64,000 nucleotides of DNA from the NCBI RefSeq assembly GCF_009914755.1, contig NC_060931.1, one strand, 5' to 3'. How positions within the stretch are numbered: position 1 is the stretch's first letter; each line of letters starts with the position of its first letter. The position numbers and the translations under genes are program-made. The DNA is from the human T2T-CHM13v2.0 reference genome, Homo sapiens. Positions 47,125-59,023 of this stretch are shown here, piece after piece. The notes beneath the pieces are model-generated. The model made no database searches, had not been told where the DNA came from, and saw only the letters and a program-made list of their open reading frames with translations.

Positions 47125-48030
47125 TTAGAAAAAAACAAACAATCCCATCAAAAAGTGGGCTAAGGACATGAATAGACAATTATCAAAAGAAGCTATACAA
47201 ATGGCCAACAAACATAAAAAAATGCTCAACAGCACTAATGATCAGGGAAATGCAAATCAAAACCACAATGTGATACCACCTTACTCCTGCAAGAATGGCC
47301 ATAATCAAAAAAATAAAAAAAACAGTAGATATTGGCATGGATGTGGTAAACAGGGAACACTTCTACACTGCCGGTGGGAATGTAAACTAGTACAGCCACT
47401 ATGGACAACAGTATGGAGATTCCTTAAAGAACTAAAAGCAGAACTACCATTTGATCCAGCAATCCCATTACTGGGTATCTACCCAGAGGAAAAGAAGTCA
47501 TTATTCGGAAAAGATACTTGCACATGCATGTTTATAGAAGCAAAATTCCCAGTTGCAAAATAATGGAACCAACCCAAATGCCAATCAATCAACGAATGGA
47601 TAAAGAAACTGTGGTATTATGTTATCTACTCAGCCATAAAAAGGAATGAATTAACAGCATTTGCAGTGACCTGGATGAGATTGGAGACTATTATTCTAAG
47701 TGAACTCAAAAATGGAAAACCAAACATCCCATGTTCTCACTGATATATGGGAGCTAAGCTATAAAGTAAAGCTAAGCTATAAAGTATAGAATGCACATTG
47801 TACATCTAATTTAATTATTATGCAAAGGCATAAGAATGATCCAATGGACTTTGGGGATTTGGGGGGAAGAGTGAGAGGGGGGCGAGGGATAAAAGGCTAC
47901 AAATATGGTGTAGTGTATACTGTTTGGGTAATGGGTACACCAAAATCTCACAAATCACCACTAAAGAACTTATTTGGTTACTCATGTAAACAAATGCCAC
48001 CTGTACTCCAAAAACTTATGGAAAAAAAAG
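47125..48030 (+). mobile_element. L1 3' end (ORF2 C-term and 3'UTR; L1PB/L1MA-like)
   Basis: [36 protein letters not shown], the L1 ORF2 C-terminus. Confidence 0.92.
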
Positions 48031-48239
48031 TTGTTTGTATAAGAAAACTAAACATTAAAAGAAACTGAGGTACAGAAAAGTTGTCATTTCTTTCAGATTA
48101 CAGAGCTAGTGTGGGTGGGCTTCAAGACAAGGAAGACAGGCTCCAGAGACCACACTCAGCCACAAGTCTATGCTGCAATCAAGACTAATCTATGAGAAGG
48201 ATGAAAATTTATTAATTGGTGATTGTTGGGGAGTAGGAA

Positions 48240-49178
48240 CCCCAAGTTAATATGCCCAAAAGAGACCTCTTGGTTTCTTCCTGCCTGTCTCTAATTTCTC
48301 TTTCTTCAGGCTTCCCTCTCTCAGCAAACACCAACTTCATTCATCCAGATATGCATCTCCAATTCTTGGAGTTACCCTTGTTCCTACTCCTCTCATCGCT
48401 ATCTAGTTAGTCAGCAAAGCCTACCGGCTTTGCCTTCACAATACAAACCTAACCTTGTCTCTCTACCCTCCACCACTGCCATCCTGGTCTAAGACACCAT
48501 TATCTTTTCCCAGATTATTGTAATAACTCATATCTGGTTTCCTGGTTTCTACTGTTACCCTCAATTGTCTATTCTCACTACAGCTGGAGTGACTCTTTTA
48601 AAGCAAAAGTCAGATTATGTTCCCTCTGCTCAAAGTCCTCTGATGGCATCCCAACTCTCTCAGAATGAAATCAAGTTGTCATTGGCTCACATGGCCTTAC
48701 ATAAATCTATCCATCTGCTACCTACTCTCCAGCCACTTTCCCGGTCACTCCCTGTGCACCAGATTTCATGTCCTTTCAGTTTCTCGTATATGCTGGCTCT
48801 GCTGCATCCTCATGTTGCTTGACACATGTTGCTCCCTGTGCTTGGAAGGCTCTCACAGGTGGCTGCAGAGTTTGCTTCTCTACTTCATGCAAGTCTCTGC
48901 TCCAGGTCACCTTCTTAAAGAGGATCTTCCTGACTACTGTGGCCTCCTTTCCCTTTCCTGTCCTCACTAGCCCTTTCCCCAGCCTAGTGCTCATGCCCCT
49001 GCATATATTACAAATACACGGTTTATTGGTCTGTTATCCTTCCCAGCCCTTTCTTGTTAGCCACACAAGAGAAAGGATTTTGTCTGTTATTTTAGTGTTC
49101 TTCCCTGTGCCTTGACTGGTGTCCAGCACTTAGAAGGCATGCAATGAAAATTGTTTGAATGACTGAATGAATGAATGC
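48240..49178 (+). mobile_element. L2 3' fragment
   Basis: AAAGTCAGATTATGT...CTGCTCAAA; ends (GAAT)n. Confidence 0.75.
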
Positions 49179-50331
49179 AGGAATGTCATCATTCTGTACT
49201 GTGAACCATAATGAACATGAAACAAAGTAAGAGAATGAAGACACACAATAGGTCAGCCTACTAGCGGTCCTTTTAATTGCCTGATTGATGTTGGAAAATG
49301 AAGCTTTCTGGATGATAAATGAAAGCTACCAAATGCCATTCATCACAATTCTTGTCATAATCGACTCAATAAAGTATAGAATGCACATTGTATATCTAAT
49401 TTAATGTGTGCAAACCAGACATGTAATGACACAAATGTACAGTTTGTGGGTTGTAGTTAGTGCAGAAAAATGTAGTATTAGCCAAAGATAAGAGAGTTGC
49501 TGATGCATTCTCTATACTGGCAGATCAATACAGTATTATAAAGAACGAAGAAATGAAATCAAAGGATTTTTTTCTGACAAAAGAGAGAAAAGAATGAAAT
49601 GGAAAGGGCACAATTGGCACCATTTAAATCTATGCCTTCATGTTTTACCTTCTAATTGGGACCTGAGGTTATAAATCAAGATAATAAAAGCTGATAAATA
49701 CATTGCCTATTTTTCCCCACAGGGGAGGTGAAGGAAGATGAAAGAAAGCATCAAAAGAAAACCACTCTGGCAGGGACTTCTCATTCCTTTTCATTTTATT
49801 TTCTGGCAAAGACTACAGTGCATCTATTACTTGTCTGAGAGGTTACAAAAGAGGAAGAAGCCTGGGGTTGTATAATAATGTTGGAAGCCTAGGAGAGGCC
49901 ACAAAGAGTATCTTGTAGAGTGGGCGGGGTTCAGAAGGTTCTAAGCCATGCTGTGAATCTGGCACACAGGCCTTTGTGCTCAAAACACAACATCTGGGGT
50001 GCATTCCCAGCTCTTACAAGGAGCAATGAATGCTGCTAATGACATTGCATTTGGGGATTTTAATGGGGGGATAGAAATTTAACCAAAGTTGGAGGGAATT
50101 AGTCTGCAGTTTAGCAGGCTTCTTGCTAAATGTCTACCTCCAGAGGTTCTACTGCTAAAAGAGAAAGCATTCTAGACACTTAGCCTTTCTCACTTCTTTT
50201 GTTAAAATGATATAAATGCCAAAAACAAAAACAAAAACAAACAAATAAAAAAAAACAAGAGAAGATGTTCTATAATATGTAACAACAGGCCTTAACCCCA
50301 GAGATCTCCAAAGTATAACTCATATAGTCAC

Positions 50332-50636
50332 TTTTTTTTTTTTTGAGATGGAGTCTCTCACTCTGTCACCCAGGCTGGAGTACAGTGGCACAATGGCACT
50401 ATCTTGGCTCACTGCAGCCTCTGCCTCCTGGGTTTAAGCAATTCTCCTGTCTCAGCCTCCATAGTAGCTGAGATTACAGGCATGCATTACCACTCCTGGC
50501 TAATTTTTGTATTTTTTAGTAGAGACAGGGTTTCACCATATTGGCCAGGCTGTTCTCAAACTCCTGATCTCAAGCAATCTGCCCATCTTGGCCTCCAAAG
50601 AGCTGGGATTACAGGTGCGAACCACTGCGCCCAGCC
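50332..50636 (-). mobile_element. Alu
   Basis: TSD ATAGTCACTTTT. Confidence 0.95.
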
Positions 50637-51335
50637 CTTCACATAGTCACTTTTATCTGTAATAAGAAATAGGAAGAAAATGGATGCACAAATGATCTCT
50701 CAGATCCCTTCAAAACAGAAAACTTTAAGTTTCTATGAAATCAGGATGTTGCTTTATGAAACTAACAAGCAAATAGCTTCAAAGTACAACATTTCTCCAG
50801 AGCTTCCCCCAAAGAATAAAGTCCACAGCAGAGCGCCCCCTGCTTCCATTGAGGTTTTCCTGGGTAAAGGTCATACGAAAGAGCAAGTGTGATGATCAAA
50901 GCTCCAGCAACAGGAAAGGAAGAATGTAGGGCCTGGATAACACATAAGCCCAAGAGTCCATGTCTGAGTAATCAGGTGTGAGCTGTGGCTCACGGGTCTC
51001 CCTTCTGTTTGAACAGCAGCAGCAGAGAGAAGTCCACAAATGGGAATCACCTTTACTCATGTGCCAGCTCATGTTGACAGTGCCCTGAGCAGCAGTACCA
51101 TGGAGGTGGGAGAGGTGACCTGAGTCCATGTCCTGGCCCCTCACTTGTTAGGTCAGTGATTATGAGCAAATCATTCATTTTGTCATCTGTCAAAGTGGAC
51201 AATGACATAATGTATAAATGTACTTCAGCTGATGCCTACTGCATAGCAGATTCTCAGGAAATGCTAGCTTTTTAAGTTCCCTTTTACTTGTACTGAGATG
51301 CAATAAGAATGCTACATTAAAATCAACAATACATA

Positions 51336-53675
51336 AAGGCACACCTCAGATATTGTGGATTTTGTTCTAGACTGCTGCAATAAAATGAATATCACTATAA
51401 AATAAGCCATACAAATTTTGTGGTTTCTCAGTGCATACAAAAGTTATGTTTACACTATATTGCAGTATATTAACTGTGCAATAGCATTATATCTAGAAAA
51501 ACAATCTACATGCCTTAATTAAAAAATACATTTTTGGTAAAAAATGCTAACGATCATCTGAGCCCTCAGCAAGTTGTAATCTTTTTGTTGGTGGAGGGTC
51601 TTGCTGATTGATCAGGGTGGTGGTTCTGAAGGCTGGGGTGGCTGTGGAGATTTCTTAAAATAACACAACAATGAAGCTTGCTGCATCAACAAACTCCTTT
51701 TTTCATGGAAGATTTCTCTGTAGTATGCAATGCTTTTTGATAGCATTTGACTCACAGCACAACTTTTTAAAAAATTGGAGTCAATTGTCTCAAATCCTGC
51801 CGCTAACTTTGTGTGATATTCTAAATCTTTTGTTGTCATTTTTAACAATGTGCATAGCACCTTCACCAGGAGTAGATTTCATTCCAGGAAATCACTTTGA
51901 TCATCTGTAAGAAGCAACTCCTCATCCACTCAAGTTTGATCCTGAGATTACAGCAATTCAGTCACATCTCCAAGCTCTACTTCTAATTCTAGCTCTCTTC
52001 CTATTTTCACCACATCAGCAGTGACTTCCTCCACTGGAGTCTTAAAATCTTCAGAGTCATCCATGAAGGTGTAATCAACTTCTTCCAAAACCTGTTAATG
52101 TCTATATTTTGACCTCCTCCCATGAATCATGAATGCTCTTCATGGCATCTAGAATGGTGAATCTTTTCCAGAATGTTTTCAATGTACTCTGCTCAGATCT
52201 TTCAGAAGAATCATTTTGGTGGCTATAGCCTTATGCAATGTATTTCTTAAATAATATAATTTAAAAGCCAAAATTACTCCCTGATCTGTGGGCAGCTGAA
52301 TGGATGTTATGTTAGCAGGCATGAAAATGACATTTCTCTCCTTGTACATCTCCATCAGAGCTCTTGGGTGACCAGGTGCATTGTCAATGAGCAGTAATAA
52401 TTTGAAAGGATTCTTTTTGAGCAGTAGGTCTCAACAGTGGGCTTAAAATATTCAGTAAACCACTCTGTAAATAGATGTGTTATCATCTAGCCTTTGTAGT
52501 TCTATTTATAGAGCACAGGCAGAATAGATTCAGTATAATTCTTAAGGGCTTAGGATTTTTTTAAATGGTAAAGGAGCATTAGCTTAAACTTAAAGTTACC
52601 AGCTGTATTAGCTCGTAACAAGAGTATACCTGTTTTTTGAAGCTTTGAAGCCAAGCATGGACTTCTCCTCTATAGCTAGGAAAGTCCTAGATGGCATCTT
52701 CTTCCAATAGAAGGCTGTCTTGTCTACATTGAAAATTTGTTGTTTAGTGTAGCCACCTTCATCAATGATCTTAGCTAGATCTTCTAGAAAACCCACTGCA
52801 GCTTCTACATCAGCACTTGCTGCTCCACCTTGTGCTTTTATGTTATGGAGATGGCTTCTTTCCTTAAACCTCATGAACAAACCTATGCTAGCTTCCAACG
52901 TTTCTTCTGCAGCTTTGTCACTTCTCTCGGCCTTCATAGAATTAAAGAGAGTTAGGGCCTCGCTCTGGATTGGGCTTTGGTTTAAGGTAACGTTGTTTCT
53001 GGTTCGATCTTCTATACAGACCATTCAAACTTTCTCCATGTCAATAACCAGGCCCTTTCACTTTCTTATCACTCATGTGCTCACTGGAATAGCATCTCTA
53101 ATTTCCTTCAATAACTTTTCCTTTGCTTTCACTACTTACTTAACTGTTTGGCATAAGAGCCCTGGCTTTTGGCCTAGCTCAGCTTTTAATATGCCTTTCT
53201 CACTAAACTTCATCATTTCTAGCATTTGATTTAAAGTGAGAGACATGCGACTCCTTCTTTCATTCGAACACTTACAGGCCATTGTAGGGATATTAATTGA
53301 CCTAATTTTCATTTTGTGTCTCAGAGAATAGGGAGGCCTGAGGAGAGGGAGATAAATGGAGGATTGGCTGGTCAGTAGAACAGTCAGAACACACATTTAT
53401 TAAGTTCACTGCCTTACATGAAGGCACTTTGTGGCACCCCAAAAAATTGCAATAGTAACATCAAAGATCACCCTAACATATAATAATAATGAATAAGTTT
53501 GAAATATGGGAAGAAGTACCAAAATGTGACACAGAGATGAGGTGAGCACATGCTGTTGGAAAAATGACCCTGAAAGATTTGCTGGACTCAGAGTTACCAC
53601 AAACATTCAATTTGTAAAAAGTGTAATATTTGTGAAGTGCAATAAAGTGAAGTACGATAAAATGAGTTGTGTTTT
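51336..53675 (-). mobile_element. Tigger1 (pogo-like DNA transposon), near full length, with decayed transposase
   Basis: TIR-like AAGGCACACCTC / GAGTTGTGTTTT. ORFs 52608-53024 ([21 protein letters not shown] region) and 53136-53396 ([13 protein letters not shown]). Confidence 0.92.
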
Positions 53676-53769
53676 AACCTCTTCCTGGTGGATTTGGTGA
53701 AATAAATACACCCCCAAATAACAAAGCATGCTAGTATTTGTGCCATAAAGAGACACTAAAAGGAAGATT

Positions 53770-53780
53770 ATATATATAAA

Positions 53781-53812
<32 letters not shown>

Positions 53813-53875
53813 TATTCCTTAAACCTCATGAACAAACATATATATATGTGTATGTATATATATATATACACACAC

Positions 53876-53910
<35 letters not shown>

Positions 53911-54189
53911 TGGAGTCTCACTCTGTCTCCCAGGCTGGAGTGCAGTGGCATGATCTCAGTGCACTGCAACCTCCACATTTCTGGGTTCAAGCGAATCTCC
54001 TACCTCAGGCTCCCGAGTAGCTGGGATTACAGGCCCGTGCCACCACACCCAGCTAATTTTTGTATTTTTAGTAGGGACAGGATTTCACCATGTTGACCAG
54101 GCTGATCTTGAACTCTTGACCTCAGGTGATCCACTGGCCTCAGCCTCCCAAAGTGCTGGGATTACAGGCGTGAGCCACCACGCCCGGCC
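53770..54189 (-). mobile_element. Alu whose tail has become a compound (TA)/(TC)/(GA) microsatellite
   Basis: Alu body ~53905-54189; flank repeat AAGGAAGATT at 53760 and 54193. Confidence 0.92.
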
Positions 54190-55955
54190 TGCAAGGAAGA
54201 TTTTTAAAAGGAGATATTTGCTAGAGGAATCAAGGAAATCTTCCTAGAACAGGTTGCATTCAATTGGTACCTTGAAGGACTGATGGAATATCAGGAGCCA
54301 AAGCCAAGAGAGGTGGGGTTGGACTTAACAGGGAAAAAGGACAGCAAACAGAAGGGGCAGAGATGGGCAGGTATAGGCAGGATTGGATAATCATGGGTGA
54401 CCCATTTTGGATGGAACATAAAATACATAAAAGAGAGTCATGGGAGATAAGCCTGCAAAGGTAAGTCTAAGTCAGACCATGAAGGGACTTGCACATCAGG
54501 CTTAAAAGTTGGGCTTGGCCGCCATATTTTTAATAAAGCCGTTGACATGTTTGACCAGAGAAAGTGACGTGATCAGAACAATGCTCTAAGTCAGGCTGAC
54601 ACTCCCCACCCCACCCCCTCTCCACACACATTTTCCTCCTTCCTGAATAATAATCAGCCATAGATACGCAGCACAAGTTTGATGTAATTGTTGGGACGAT
54701 TTTGCTTAATCACGAGATTTCATTGTTCATTCAACTTAAAAACATCTAATGAAGACTTTGTCCCTGCCAAGCACTTTCAAAATGACACCAGGACTCATAG
54801 ACATGGTCACTCCCTCCAGAGGACTCAAATCTGTAAACTATAAATGCAATGGAGTGCTGGAGTTATTTTATAGAAATAAGAACAGGATATGGTAGAAAAA
54901 ATATATATAGTCAGTTCTGTATGATGGACAGGCAATTAAGAAGTCTTCATAGAGGAACCATCATCAGAGCCTTGGAGCGTAAATATGGGTTTACCAAACA
55001 GACCTAGAGGTGCAGGATAGGAAGAAAGAGGAAGGGTGTAGGGGGTTAGGTATGGCTGTGGAAAAAAAGATAAGACTGGTGAGAGTACAGAGAGCATGAT
55101 ACTGGGGAGTATTTCACCTTGTGTCAAAAAGCTTGAGCTTTATCTTGCAGGACCAAAGGTGGGACACTGGATGATTATAACCATATTTTCAGGATGTCAG
55201 AAGGGCGAAGAATGAGTTGAGAAGTTTAGGGTGAAATGAGGTAAACCAGCTAATATACTATTCTAATGATCTGTCTGATCAATGCCAAAGGCTTAAAGTG
55301 GAAAAGAAGAGATGTTATAGAAGTAGGACATATATAATTAGAGAGATAAATAGGAGTGTGGTAGGGGATAAGGGGGAATAAAAATAAATAACTAAAACAA
55401 AAGCAGCCTTGAATGGACCACTGATATCCACGCGTCAGGAAGGAAGAAAATGGTTTGCCCAACTCTCTGCATCTAAGATACAAAAACAAAGCTGAAGAAA
55501 AAATGTTTTAAATGGGCTCGATTTTGTTTTTCATTGAATATGGGATATGAGGGAGTCAAGGCTCAACAGGAGACTGAGTTTCTCACCTAATTAAACCCAT
55601 TGTTTTGATACTAGTTGTAGGATGGTCCAGAGGCTCATTAGCTCTTCTCTGGATTATACATGAATGTAAAGTTGGGGAGGACACCCTTCGGTGAGTCAAA
55701 GATTAGAAAAAGAATAAAGAAACATCATGCAGAAGTCACATTATCAAGATGGAAGACCAATTTTGGCCCATGATTCCTTCTGGAAAACTAGAAAATTTTT
55801 ATTTAAAAATCATTTAAGGTCATAGAAACAATGAATTCTATATTTTCATGCACCGCTGTCTACAAGAATTCAGCCCAGGTTCAACCTCTGTGTTATAGAA
55901 CACCCACCTGGAAGCTGCCTGCTTCATCAGCTGTGATAAGCAGTCTGTAATGAAG

Positions 55956-56366
55956 TGATATGGTTTGGATGTTTTTCCCCTCCAAATCTCATTTTGAAAT
56001 GTAATCTCCAATGTTGGAGGCAGGGTCTGCAGGGACGTGTTTGGATCACGGGGGTGGATCCCTCATGAATGGCTTGGTGCCATACTTGTGGTAATGAATG
56101 AGTTCATGGCAGTCTGGTTGTTTAAAAGATTGTGGCACCTCTTCTACCCCCACTCTCTTGCTCCCATTCTGCCACGTGAGTTGCTGCTCCCACTTCACCT
56201 TCTGCCATTAGCAAAAGCTTCCTAAGCACTCACCAGAAGCCAATAGGTGCCAGCACCATGCTTCTTGTACAGCCTTTAATTAATTGTGAGCCAAATAAAG
56301 CTCTTTTCTTTATAAATTACCTAACCTGTTATTTCTTTATAACAACACAAGAACAGGGTAAACACA
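55956..56366 (+). mobile_element. MST solo LTR
   Basis: TGATATGGTTTGG...AACACA; exact TSD TGAAG. Confidence 0.9.
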
Positions 56367-58726
56367 TGAAGTACAGGATTCCTGTCAGCATCGTGGTCCG
56401 TGCTCAATACTGGACTTGAAAGGAGGGCAAGGTTAAAATCTTGATTTCTTCACCTCCATCTCTTACCTCCCACCTAAGATTGCCCAAGATGGGGCTCAGG
56501 TCAAATGTCAATAAGCCTAACTGGGAGATTTTTTTGCTTGAGTAGAGTTTGATCTGCTCCACTCCTAGTCCTTTAAAACAGGTACAGTAAATCATGTAAC
56601 ATTCTAAAAGGTGAGCTTCAAACACAGCAAGTTTCCAGAAAGTAGCTCAGGGCCCCTGTCTGATCTTTCCATTCACATTCTCTTGCCTCCCAAAATCAAA
56701 CCTAAGCTCAAACTTCAGTTTTTATCTTTAATCTCATTCCATCTTTATTCCTCCAAACATTTGATCCTCAAACTTCCTTTATGGGCTCTGGATTATCCCA
56801 CAGCTTCACTCTCTGATTTCCCCCTTTTTCTGAGGTAGCAGTGTCCTTCCCCCAGCCCCAGCCTGAGAAACCCAACCTCACTTTGGCCATTTATCCAGCT
56901 ACCACACTCCCTTCAGAGGGAGCAACCCATTCCAGTGATTAAAAGTAGGAGATTCAAAGTCTTAGGTACAATAGAGCAAAAGATAGGCTTCAATTTGAAA
57001 TCACGATTTGCTTTTGTATAGTCTGCCTTGGCTGTATAGGTATAAGGCCTCAAGTGTAATCATCATATCAGGGATTTGAATGCTTCCATTTCCATAACCA
57101 AGACTTAAAGAAGTGATTTGAAATGCTTATTGTGTATTGAGTGCTTTAGATTTTCAAAAGGATTCTAATTGGAATGTGGTAGCATTAGCTGAGGTAATGA
57201 GCTAATTCTACACCAGAAACAGAAAATGTCTTTTGGAGGAGCCAATATCATCATAACTCAAACATGCAAAACTGCATTAGATCTGCAAGCTTTCTCAACT
57301 GTTTAAATTTTTAAAAATTCTATTCTCAAGATCTGTGGGGAAGATAAAGAAATAGGGAGAAATCTTGCCTTGTTAAGAAACTGTGGCTCAACATGGAATG
57401 TGGTAATAAGCAGAGGGAAAAAATACTGCCTGGCTGAAAGACTGGTTAAATTACTTATGATACAGTGCACAGGTGGTGGGAGTATGTGTGAAATGTTTTT
57501 TTTTAATAAAACGTAGAGAAACAGTGATTAATATAAGCCATTAGGGACTCTTCCTATCCAATATCAAGAAAATAATTCAACTTTATAAATAAATCTGTAT
57601 ACTGAAAATTAAATGTGTGTTGAGTTAAGAGCCATAGAGAAGCTTCCAACACTGGTTTCTTTCTTGCCTCCTATACACTAAATCTGAATATATCCCAAAT
57701 CTGTTTTGAATCTCCAGTCCTATCATCAAAGCAACCCACCTAGGGTTCTAGTCTACTACTGTGGTTTCAGCAACCAGATCTTTGCAGATCTCCATCTTCA
57801 GATCAGACACTCTCCTGAACTCCAGTTCAACTTTTACAATTGCTTTTTGTGCTTGGATGGCACACCAAATTCACTGTTTACAGTTGGGAATATCTAACTA
57901 AAACCACTCTGTTTCTTCCTGGATGCTGACATCTGCCCTTTTGTATAACACCAGAATTTTGACTCCTTTCACACTGTTGGTAAGAGGAGCCAGTTTTAGT
58001 CTACTTGGGGGATTCTTTCCTATATCCACAGATCCCTTGCTGTGGCCATTTCTAAGTCACACCACTGGTGGCCTCCAAGGAAAAGCCATGGCCCAAACTC
58101 CCCATGACATGCTTACTTTTCAATTCTCAGACTATATATGAATCCTGGAAATCTCAACTTTCCAAGGGCTTTATATTGTATTCATTAATTTTCATGTCTA
58201 TTTCAAAAACAGAATTTCAAAATACACATCCTTGGAAACAAAAAGGTAAGGGTATCAGACATGTTTCAGTGAAATATTCCCAAATAGACATTTTAGGATG
58301 AACAAGTATTTTTCTCTAAGTATCTCTCTGTTGAGGTTACTTTTGTTTTCCTAGGATTATTTTTACATTGAGAGTAATAACTGGTTATTGGGACAAAACC
58401 AAATATTTATGTTTCTCTAATCTCAGACATTAAGTATAATTTTTATTGTTTTCCATTTAAAAATTTTACTTTTTTGTCCTATCTGGTTGTGAACTTAACT
58501 AATGTTACATGAAAATATGTACTGAGATGCTGCAAATTCTTGGCGGAATTTTAGCAAATATACACTTAAAAATCAGTAATTCTTAGTAGTAAATGGGAAA
58601 TAATGTTTTTTTTTTTAACAGAGCCATTAAAATATACTTATGGAAAAGAAATCCCAATCCAAACCCCAACTTCTTCTTTTGTTTTTGTTTTTGTTTTTGT
58701 TTAACATCTTTAAATACATCGGAATT

Positions 58727-59023
<297 letters not shown>

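Noticed and set aside
52608-53396. Possible domesticated TIGD-like transposase
   Set aside because: Fragmented by stops and frameshifts inside an ordinary Tigger1 with TIRs.
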